This document shows positions 1-5,727 of a stretch of 6,160 nt of DNA, piece after piece. The position numbers were made by a program, and so were the translations under genes. Position 1 is the first letter of the stretch. Each line of letters begins with the position of its first letter. Below the pieces are notes generated by a model that did not search any database, had not been told where the DNA came from, and saw nothing but the letters and a program-made list of their open reading frames with translations. Source of the DNA: a virus; the IMG/VR virus record IMGVR_UViG_3300020030_000092, positions 1 through 6,160 of that record; one strand, given 5' to 3'.

Positions 1-121
1 CGCCCGCCGCCAATGGCGTTTTCAGCAAAAACAAATGAAGCTTCAGCAAAAGTATGCTCTCGAGCAGATGCAAAAGCAATCTGAGCTTTCCTACGCTAAT
101 TGGCAGAAGCAGTTTGATTAC
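1..121. repeat. Terminal redundancy (left copy) from assembly or linearisation of a circular genome
   Basis: Exact 121-nt identity with 6040-6160, offset 6039 nt. Confidence 0.95.
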
Positions 122-1138
122 GAGAATGCCTACAATGATCCTACGAAGGTTTTCGACCGCTATTTGAAAGCTGGCGTCACACCTGCGGCCGTTTTAGGCT
201 CTTCAGGAGTTGGCGTTAACGCAACCATGTCAGGTGGTTCCGCCGCTATGCCCTCCGCCTCTGGCCCCTCGGGTGGTGCTCCTGTTGCTCCCGGTGGTTT
301 TGCTGCTGCTGACCCTGCTGCTATTGCACAGAATATGATTGCGAAGTCTACGGTTGATCGCAACGATGCTGCTTCTAATCGTGACAACGCCGAGGCTGCT
401 CTGCTTCGTGGTAATACGCATACTGTTGAATGGCGTAAAGACATCGACGAGTTGGATAAGCAGATTCGTACGCATAACGTCGACAACGCTGCTGCTCTTG
501 CTGATCTTAATCGCGCTCTTGCCGATATTCATACGGCCGACGCTGAATACGCAGATTTGATGGCTACTTATAAGTTTCAAGATTTTGTCGCCCAATACAG
601 TAAGCATGTCGAGGAAGCTGTTCAGATCAGGGAATTCAATTCAAAGTATTTTGATCAAATTTACGCCGCACAAATTGCTCGCGATTACGCTGCCGCCTAC
701 AGTTCTGCCGCTACAGGCGACCTCGCGAAAGCCGAGTTCGATATAGCCAAAGTTCGTTTGTCTGATCTTCGTGAGTGGTTTCGTCTCAACTGGGATGCTG
801 AAATTGAGGTTCCCCAGGTTACTGAATCAGGCAAGCCTACTGGTAAAACTGTTAAATTAACCGGCCGTCAGATACACGAGCATCTTATGGGTATGGCCGC
901 CGCCAATGCGTCGCAGGGCCTTTCCGCTCAATGGTTTTCCAATCGATCAGAGAAGAACGCTTTTGGTTATTCGATGGCCCGCACGGCCCTTGCCGGTGCT
1001 TTAGCTATTAGCGGTGTGGCGCTTACCAAAGGCGTATCTGCTCCTGCTGGCTACGATGAAATGCGAGATGTTTATGGTTCTTCCGGAGACCAAATTGGCG
1101 CTACGTATACTCGTCGCAGTTATTTTAAGAGAAATTGA
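2..1138 (+). CDS. VP2: Minor capsid / DNA pilot protein VP2, C-terminal 378 codons. It is 5'-truncated only by the window edge and continues from ATG 5921 across the circular junction.
   Basis: The frame of ORF 35..1138 is open from nt 2 (ARRQWRFQQKQ precedes Met35). The duplicated 121 nt place it in frame with ATG 5921. It has a Q/K-rich helix (QQKQMKLQQKYALEQMQKQ). The YENAYNDP...RYLKAGVTPAAVLG segment resembles the AG(L/V)NP region of gokusho/alpavirus VP2. A Gly/Ser/Ala/Pro low-complexity linker spans about nt 190-330. The middle is long and Ala/Asp/Glu-rich, apparently helical. A hydrophobic C-proximal segment reads ARTALAGALAISGVALTKG. Stop is TGA 1136-1138. Confidence 0.85.
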   Translation, partial: ARRQWRFQQKQMKLQQKYALEQMQKQSELSYANWQKQFDYENAYNDPTKVFDRYLKAGVTPAAVLGSSGVGVNATMSGGSAAMPSASGPSGGAPVAPGGFAAADPAAIAQNMIAKSTVDRNDAASNRDNAEAALLRGNTHTVEWRKDIDELDKQIRTHNVDNAAALADLNRALADIHTADAEYADLMATYKFQDFVAQYSKHVEEAVQIREFNSKYFDQIYAAQIARDYAAAYSSAATGDLAKAEFDIAKVRLSDLREWFRLNWDAEIEVPQVTESGKPTGKTVKLTGRQIHEHLMGMAAANASQGLSAQWFSNRSEKNAFGYSMARTALAGALAISGVALTKGVSAPAGYDEMRDVYGSSGDQIGATYTRRSYFKRN

Positions 1139-1161
1139 ACAATTCTTTTAACCTTTTGAAC

Positions 1162-1193
1162 TTTGCCGTCTGTTTTTATTTGTTGTATCTTTG
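1162..1193 (+). promoter_or_regulatory. Candidate Bacteroidetes-type promoter: -33 TTTG (1162-1165), a 20-nt spacer, then -7 TAtcTTTG (1186-1193)
   Basis: It matches the TTTG-N(19-21)-TAnnTTTG consensus described for Bacteroides primary-sigma promoters. It lies in the 81-nt T-rich gap between VP2 and ORF 1220, about 27 nt upstream of that ATG. TTTG is common in this T-rich strand, so a chance match is possible. Confidence 0.3.
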
Positions 1194-1219
1194 TGTTGTA
1201 AACCAATAACCACAATGCT

Positions 1220-1540
1220 ATGAAAAAAGGAAGTAAGTATTTCAAGGCTGGCGATTTGATTGTCGACGTTCTCGAGTACGCGTTTACCGAGTGGCTCGTT
1301 CGCCAAGGAGTATTCGTCGCCTTTAAAACGAATTACGATGTCGTTGTTTCGCCCTACGGAGGGTTTCGCGACCGTTTGCGTGCCCATGTTCGGCGTTCTC
1401 TTTGCAACCCGAGCTTAGGCCCTACCTACCTCATTTCCACCGCTTTTTTGTTTGACACGACGCCCGAGGGTTATGATTTTTGGAGAAAATATTCCGATGC
1501 CTGGAAGCGTTTTTATCTCAGATTTCAATCGCAGCTTTAA
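1220..1540 (+). CDS. Hypothetical protein, 106 aa (ORFan by eye)
   Basis: ATG start and TAA stop. Codon third positions are T/C-rich like VP1, VP2 and VP4. The sequence looks globular, with an aromatic-rich C-terminus (TTPEGYDFWRKYSDAWKRFYLRF). The next ATG follows 11 nt after its stop. Confidence 0.7.
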   Translation: MKKGSKYFKAGDLIVDVLEYAFTEWLVRQGVFVAFKTNYDVVVSPYGGFRDRLRAHVRRSLCNPSLGPTYLISTAFLFDTTPEGYDFWRKYSDAWKRFYLRFQSQL

Positions 1541-1551
1541 ATTACATTGTT

Positions 1552-1875
1552 ATGAAACAGATTCATATCGTTCTTCGCCGCGTTAATCCGGCTCTTGACA
1601 TTGACCTTGTCCAGGTCGGCTACCTTAAAGATGGGCAGTTTTCGTAGTTGTCCCTGGATGTTTTCGAGGATACTCCCATTTTCGATCACTTCGTTCGTTC
1701 GGCTATTTCGAATCTGCCTTATATTCCCCATAGCCTTATCTCTCGTCTCTTAGCTGACCTTGCCGCTTATCCGCATTTTGCGGTCGATTTTTTCGATAAT
1801 ACGCTTGTCCTCATGTTTGATTTTAAACTCGATTGCGATGAAAGCTCGACGGAAGAAGAAAGGAAGAGGAGTTAA
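1552..1875 (+). CDS. Hypothetical protein reading frame of 107 codons, interrupted by an in-frame amber codon at 1645-1647. It could be a readthrough or recoded gene, a nonsense-mutated gene, or two ORFs of 31 aa (ATG) and 75 aa (TTG).
   Basis: ATG 1552 lies 11 nt after the previous stop. The frame reads MKQIHIVLRRVNPALDIDLVQVGYLKDGQFS-TAG-LSLDVFEDTPIFDHFVRSAISNLPY...EEERKRS-TAA. Both halves share the genome-typical codon usage (GAT, GCT, CTT, CGT, TTT). The downstream 75 codons have no ATG start, only a TTG immediately after the TAG. The first in-frame ATG is 1813-1815, which leaves only 20 codons. Confidence 0.45.
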
Positions 1876-2119
1876 GATCGTAACCCGTCCTCTTGGTGGA
1901 AGAGTTCTTTGACAGTGAAGCTCCCGGGAGAGTTCTCTCTTCCTGGGAGTTTTCGCTCGTAGACTCACCGGATTTATCCGGTATAAAGATTCGTGAAGTG
2001 GAGCCATGGAGCCCGAAGACGCGAAGCGTCCCGGCCGCTAGGCCGTCGGGCGGCGTAACGAAACAGTTTTCGCGCTCGAAAGTACCGCCTTTCGAAGCGC
2101 AAAGTATTATTTTACGATT
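1876..2119 (+). promoter_or_regulatory. Structured G+C-rich intergenic region upstream of the ORF66/VP4 module. It is a candidate replication origin or ssDNA recognition element.
   Basis: There is no ATG-initiated ORF longer than 11 codons on the + strand. Stem-loops are present at these positions:
- 1890-1904: ctctt/ggtgg/aagag.
- 1967-1982: accggat-tt-atccggt.
- 2018-2030: gacgc-GAA-gcgtc, which contains GCGAAGC.
- 2032-2045: cggcc-gcta-ggccg.
- 2059-2072: cgaaa-cagt-tttcg.
- 2072-2100: an 11-bp stem with one bulged A.
There is also a 10-nt palindrome CTCCCGGGAG at 1921-1930. An imperfect direct repeat pairs ggaagagttcttt (1898-1910) with gggagagttctct (1926-1938). Nt 2011-2100 are about two-thirds G+C by hand count. 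Confidence 0.5.
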
Positions 2120-2320
2120 ATGGATAAGTTTGATTTTCGCCCCCGTTTCTCCCCCGTGATTGACAGTATTTCTTACCGTTTTTCTATTGGAGCGTACCGC
2201 GGCAAAAAACGAGTTGTTATCGCCTGGTTTTCCGAGGAAGAGCCCGCCAAAGATTACCTTATTCGCTGCCGTCTTGACCATCCCGCTATTAGATTTGACT
2301 GCCTTCAAAGTTTCTTGTAA
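2120..2320 (+). CDS. Hypothetical small protein, 66 aa, translationally coupled to VP4
   Basis: ATG 2120. The stop TAA 2318-2320 overlaps the VP4 start ATG 2320-2322 (TAATG). The sequence looks like a real protein (GKKRVVIAWFSEEEPAKDYLIRCRLDHPAIRF) and is slightly basic. Codon usage matches the core genes. Confidence 0.65.
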   Translation: MDKFDFRPRFSPVIDSISYRFSIGAYRGKKRVVIAWFSEEEPAKDYLIRCRLDHPAIRFDCLQSFL

Positions 2321-3390
2321 TGCCTTGTTCGTCGCCCATATGGATACGTAATCGTCGCTATTTTGACAAGAAGAATCCTTGTCGTGATGGCTCTGACGTC
2401 TCGAAGTCCGCTTTGGCACTCCGTCCCTGGGACATCGCTCGTCAATGGCTCATGGTCCCATGCGGAAAGTGCGAAGACTGCCTGCGTCGTCAGCGTAATG
2501 ATTGGTTCGTGCGTCTAGAGCGCGAGCTTGCTCGTTGCAAGGCTGAATCACAGCAGGCTATTTTCATTACGATAACCATAGCCCCTAGGTATTACGATGA
2601 AGCGTTGCGGGATCCCTCTAAGTTTATTCGGCGATGGAATGAGCGCATTCGTCACGCGCTCGGACATTCTTTTAAGCATGCGTTTTTTCAAGAGTTCGGT
2701 ACCCACCCCGAAACAGGCTCGGCTCCTCGTCTACATTTCCACGGATTTCTTTTCGGGACCAATTGCATGTATAATCAGATTCGAGCGGCTGTCCGCGACC
2801 TCGGTTTTGTTTGGCTGGCGAAGGGCACACATCAGCGCGCGCGATATGTCGTTAAATATGTTACTAAACAGATTCAGTTTAATCCCGAAGAAATTTCGGA
2901 CAAATATGTTACCATAGATGGAAACTCTACACCTTTATCTTGTCTCCTCCAACATCGCCGTTATACGCGAAAATTCGTATCTGCTGGCGTTGGTGATTTT
3001 CTTGGTTATATGCCTCGTCCTTCTGCTCGCACTTCGTCGTGGTCTTATTTTGATTTTGAGAAGCGTATCGATTATAAGTACTCGATTCCTCGATATTATC
3101 TTAGATACCTTAAACCGGAAGACGACGTTATTCGCTCGATTACCGCCGCTGATTCTTATGCACGTTTTAGCAAGTCTTCTCTGGTTAGGCGTGTTGTGTC
3201 TTTGTGTGTTGAACGGTTCAATCTCGATTCCTCCGTATCCCGTAGAGCGTCTTATACGTGGGAGCAAAAGCAAATAATGCGTTTTTCCGCCTCTTCTCGG
3301 AAAATGCCCGACCTCGATCCTCCAACGTGGCTGGACTTAGCCATTCTTCAATTTTGGAGAGATCACTATAAACTTCAACTAAACATTTAA
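2320..3390 (+). CDS. VP4: Rolling-circle replication initiation protein (HUH endonuclease), Microviridae VP4 / phiX gpA-like
   Basis: It carries three rolling-circle replication motifs:
- Motif 1-like: IFITITIAP.
- HUH motif: RLHFHGFLF, with His-Phe-His at nt 2734-2742.
- Double-tyrosine catalytic motif: YVVKYVTK at nt 2845-2868. Compare YVAKYVNK of phiX174 gpA.
The N-terminal MPCSSPIWIRN and CGKCEDCLRRQRNDW are typical of gokusho/alpavirus VP4. Stop is TAA, 3 nt before the VP1 ATG. Confidence 0.93.
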   Translation: MPCSSPIWIRNRRYFDKKNPCRDGSDVSKSALALRPWDIARQWLMVPCGKCEDCLRRQRNDWFVRLERELARCKAESQQAIFITITIAPRYYDEALRDPSKFIRRWNERIRHALGHSFKHAFFQEFGTHPETGSAPRLHFHGFLFGTNCMYNQIRAAVRDLGFVWLAKGTHQRARYVVKYVTKQIQFNPEEISDKYVTIDGNSTPLSCLLQHRRYTRKFVSAGVGDFLGYMPRPSARTSSWSYFDFEKRIDYKYSIPRYYLRYLKPEDDVIRSITAADSYARFSKSSLVRRVVSLCVERFNLDSSVSRRASYTWEQKQIMRFSASSRKMPDLDPPTWLDLAILQFWRDHYKLQLNI

Positions 3391-3393
3391 TTT

Positions 3394-5190
3394 ATGGGAA
3401 AACAACCTTTTATCTCACACGCTGTAAATGGTTACTCTCGCTACGATGTCCCTGAGAGTAAAGCCTTTACGTGTACGCCGGGTATTTTGTATCCGGTGCG
3501 GATCGATTTTATTAACGCCCGGGACCGTGTGTCTATCGAGCAAGGGGTCGATATTCGCAGTAACCCGCTTGCTGTCCCGACATTCAATCCCTATACTATT
3601 CGGCTTCACCGCTTTTGGGTGCCGCTCCAGTTGTATCATCCTGAGATGAGGACAAATAGCAGTAAGTTTGATATGAACGAGTTGAGCCTGAATTGGATTT
3701 GTTGCACGTTTCCCTCTGCTAGTGGTTTGAATATTGATTTCTTTGGCGCGTCGTATACAAACTCGCTTTTCTCTTGGCTGCGTATTGGCAACAAGTATAA
3801 TATGGGCGGCACTGCGCTGGCGTCGACTTCTCTTCCAGCGTCTGCTACTATTTCTCAGTGGTCTAATGCTGATTCGTATTTGGCTTATTGGGATATTGTT
3901 CGAAATTATTACGGTTATTCACAGTGGGGGCTCTATTCTTTCGCGTGGCCTATGGCGAACAAGCTGATTAGTTCGGGTTCCTCGTATACTCTTGACCCTG
4001 AAAATTCGGGCGATGCCAGATTTTTTACACAATGCTATGGCAATCTCGAGTTTCTCGATGCTTTTTATGAGAGCCAATTTTATCCGTCTGCTGTGAGCTC
4101 CTCTAATAATACGTTTAATCGCGGTAATCTCTTTTATCAAATCATCCGCTCTGATTTGAGGAGTGGCAGCGCTGCCTCCGACGGCTATCCCGTTGCTAAT
4201 AGTTATCCTTCCACGACTGCGCTTGGTTCTACGGGTCTTCTTTCGCAAACCCTTCCCACTACCAATTCTACCCCCGCTTCGTCTTTGGCTTATTTTTTGG
4301 TGGCGCACCCAATGGCTGTCGTGCCATCGAATCCCGACCGGTTTAGTCGCCTCATTCCCGTAGGTTCGTCCTCGGCCGTTTCCATGTCGGGCGTTAGCAC
4401 TATTCCACAGTTGGCTATTGCCTCTCGTCTTCAAGAGTACAAAGACCTTCTGGGCGCCGGTGGCAGCCGCTATAGTGATTGGTTGGAGACATTTTTTGCC
4501 TCTAAGATTGAGCATGTTGACCGGCCGAAACTCCTTTTTAGCGCCTCTCAGACAGTCAATGTTCAGATTGTGATGAATCAGGCGGGGGATAATAATTTTT
4601 CTGGTAATCAGCCTCTTGGTCAACAAGGTGGTTCTATTGCTTTCAACGATCGTTTGGGTCGCCGGCAGTCTTATTATTTCCGCGAGCCGGGCTATTTGAT
4701 TGATATGTTAAGCATTAGGCCTGTCTACTATTGGAGTTTCATTAAACCGGACTATCTCAATTATAAGGGCCCCGATTATTTCAACCCTATTTACAACGAT
4801 ATTGGCTACCAGGACGTCCCGGGCTTCCGCATAGCGTTTAACGCCAATCCTGGCAGCAGTTTTGCTACTGAGCCGTGCTTTAACGAGTTTCGTTCCTCTT
4901 ATGATGAGGTTCTTGGCCAGCTCCAAGCCTACTACAAGAATCCCGCCGAGGGTGGCTCCGGCGCTCCCCTTTATTCTTATTGGGTTCAACAGCGCACTGT
5001 TTTGACCTCCAGTGGCTCCGGCTCTTTACCCGAGCCTTCCTATTATCCGATGCTTTTTACCGACTTATTGCAGGTGAACTCGCCCTTTAATTCGACGGTT
5101 GAGGATAATTTCTTCGTAAACATGTCCTATTCGGTTCAGAAGAAGAACTTGATTAATAAGACGTTTGCAACCCGTTTGTCTAATCGTTAA
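3394..5190 (+). CDS. VP1: Major capsid protein (Microviridae VP1 / F-like jelly-roll), 598 aa
   Basis: It is the longest ORF and has no internal stops. The N-terminal pattern is FTCTPGILYPV...DRVSI...RSNPLAVPTFNPYTIRLHRFWVPLQLY. This parallels the conserved G-L-P / R..P...P....v..ffFVP.R block of microvirus capsid proteins. Its position directly after VP4 also fits. A long Ser/Thr/Pro/Ala-rich central insertion (about nt 4130-4400) fits the variable surface loop. Confidence 0.92.
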   Translation: MGKQPFISHAVNGYSRYDVPESKAFTCTPGILYPVRIDFINARDRVSIEQGVDIRSNPLAVPTFNPYTIRLHRFWVPLQLYHPEMRTNSSKFDMNELSLNWICCTFPSASGLNIDFFGASYTNSLFSWLRIGNKYNMGGTALASTSLPASATISQWSNADSYLAYWDIVRNYYGYSQWGLYSFAWPMANKLISSGSSYTLDPENSGDARFFTQCYGNLEFLDAFYESQFYPSAVSSSNNTFNRGNLFYQIIRSDLRSGSAASDGYPVANSYPSTTALGSTGLLSQTLPTTNSTPASSLAYFLVAHPMAVVPSNPDRFSRLIPVGSSSAVSMSGVSTIPQLAIASRLQEYKDLLGAGGSRYSDWLETFFASKIEHVDRPKLLFSASQTVNVQIVMNQAGDNNFSGNQPLGQQGGSIAFNDRLGRRQSYYFREPGYLIDMLSIRPVYYWSFIKPDYLNYKGPDYFNPIYNDIGYQDVPGFRIAFNANPGSSFATEPCFNEFRSSYDEVLGQLQAYYKNPAEGGSGAPLYSYWVQQRTVLTSSGSGSLPEPSYYPMLFTDLLQVNSPFNSTVEDNFFVNMSYSVQKKNLINKTFATRLSNR

Positions 5191-5202
5191 TGTATTGATT
5201 TT

Positions 5203-5499
5203 ATGGCACTTGATTGGCTTCTTGAAGACACTCCCGCCTACATTTCTCGCGGTCAGCGTATTCTCTCCGTTCTTGATGGTTCTGGTTCTATTGACGTCCT
5301 TCCTGGCCGTCCGGATGTAGCAGTAGAGCCTTCTGATTTCGATAAGGGAGAAAGATTTAATCCCGAGATTGATTTCGACCCTAATTCCTTTTCCCGTATG
5401 GATAAGTTCGATGGTCTCGAAGTTGGCCAGGAACTCATTGATTCAGAGATAGATAGGTCGAAGGCCACTGCGAAACCCCCTAAACTTGAAGAAAAATAG
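5203..5499 (+). CDS. Hypothetical acidic protein, 98 aa. It may be an internal scaffolding (VP3-like) protein, but the function is not established.
   Basis: ATG lies 12 nt after the VP1 stop. The protein is strongly Asp/Glu-rich (EPSDFDKGERFNPEIDFDPNSF...ELIDSEIDRSK). It ends at TAG 5497-5499. Its codon usage matches the core genes. Confidence 0.65.
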   Translation: MALDWLLEDTPAYISRGQRILSVLDGSGSIDVLPGRPDVAVEPSDFDKGERFNPEIDFDPNSFSRMDKFDGLEVGQELIDSEIDRSKATAKPPKLEEK

Positions 5500-5727
5500 T
5501 ACTCTCTTTACTTGACGATATATGCTACGTGCGCGGACCCCTTCTGGAGAGTGCGTGAATTTCTGAAGGTTATTGGTAACGACTGCCGGAGAGGCCGCGC
5601 ATTTTTCTATCGTTCTTTATTCAATTGTTTACACCATTGTGGCGAGGTGACGCATTTCGCGGTTCGGAGAACCGACCCGAACGAAGTGAGGGTGCGGCAC
5701 CGTAGCTTCCCTTAAAATTTCAATACC
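5500..5727 (+). other. Second intergenic-like region of 228 nt. It is either noncoding with stem-loops, or a TAG-readthrough or TTG-initiated extension (ORF-track 5512..5715).
   Basis: The frame of ORF 5203 stays open past TAG to TAA 5713-5715, but codon third positions lose the T-richness seen in the core genes. The product is Arg/Cys/His-rich. Local hairpins are cggttc-gga-gaaccg (5660-5674), or alternatively gttcgg/ccgaac (5662-5667/5677-5682), and ggtg-cgg-cacc (5691-5701). A long-range 7-bp pairing links tgcgcgg (5530-5536) with ccgcgca (5595-5601) and is followed by a T-run. Confidence 0.4.

Noticed and set aside
1537-2007. Minus-strand ORFs 1537..1731 (64 aa) and 1750..2007 (85 aa) are in the same frame, separated by a single TAA. 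They look like an antisense gene opposite the amber-split + ORF.
   Set aside because: They are exactly codon-aligned antisense to the + frame, so they stay open wherever the + gene avoids TTA, CTA and TCA. Their only stop is the complement of a + strand TTA Leu codon (1750-1752). The upstream half is Arg/Pro-rich junk with no credible start. All confirmed genes and the T-skew are on the + strand, as is usual for Microviridae. The 64-aa piece does read like a protein, so only comparative data can fully exclude it.
2120-2134. The 15-mer atggataagtttgat (MDKFD, start of ORF66) recurs at 14/15 identity at 5398-5412 inside ORF98.
   Set aside because: The match is short and single, and does not extend on either side. 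It is most likely coincidence and not a recombination scar or a repeat family.
1893-2159. An 88-aa + strand ORF crosses the hairpin cluster.
   Set aside because: It has only a TTG start. The only ATG in the region (2006) opens an 11-codon frame. The product is Pro/Ser/Arg-rich, and the sequence is better explained by the stem-loops. The ORF also overlaps the well-formed ORF66 start.
1823-2419. A 198-aa minus-strand ORF spans the hairpin region, ORF66 and the VP4 start.
   Set aside because: It is codon-aligned antisense to ORF66 (a shadow frame). It begins inside VP4, has Ser/Arg/Asn-rich low-information composition and has no recognisable motif. Its openness across 1876-2119 is plausibly helped by the G+C-richness of that region, which carries few stop triplets.
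366-3967. Hydrophobic, membrane-protein-like + strand ORFs are overprinted on core genes. They are 339/366..560 in VP2 (LLLLLILIALLPIFI, superficially like the phiX174 E transmembrane helix), 2597..2917 and 2918..3277 in VP4 (119 aa, ATG start), and 3428..3649, 3734..3967 and 4163..4363 in VP1.
   Set aside because: Every one is in the +1 frame of its host gene. In that frame the T/C-rich third codon position becomes the second position. This both removes stop codons, which need A or G there, and forces Leu/Ile/Phe/Val-rich products. They are therefore an expected compositional by-product. An E-like overprinted lysis gene cannot be strictly excluded. It would need conservation evidence, such as suppressed synonymous variation in the host gene.
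3919-4626. A 235-aa minus-strand ORF lies inside VP1, and there are similar minus-strand ORFs inside VP2 (160..486, 230..607), VP4 (2935..3273) and VP1 (3415..3639, 4708..4989).
   Set aside because: They are Arg/Gly/Ile-rich antisense shadows of strongly biased coding sequence. They lack motifs and lie entirely within well-supported genes on the other strand.
5208-5214. ACTTGAT here, and ACTTGAcgATAT at 5508-5519, resemble the phiX174 origin core CAACTTGATATTAATAAC.
   Set aside because: A 6-7-mer match is expected by chance about once in 12 kb of two-strand sequence. The flanks do not match. The first hit lies inside ORF98 coding sequence.
5506-5536. A possible dif-like XerC/XerD site on the minus strand (ccgcgcacgtagcatatatcgtcaagtaaag), of interest because Bacteroidetes microvirus prophages are thought to integrate at dif.
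   Set aside because: Only about 15 of 26 positions match E. coli dif in my hand alignment. The conserved XerD arm (TTATGTTAAAT) is poorly matched. This is not supportable without the host dif sequence.
5512-5540. TTGACG at 5512-5517 looks like a sigma70 -35 box.
   Set aside because: There is no acceptable -10 hexamer at a 16-18 nt spacing, since that position reads ggaccc. The adjacent ATATAT is too close.
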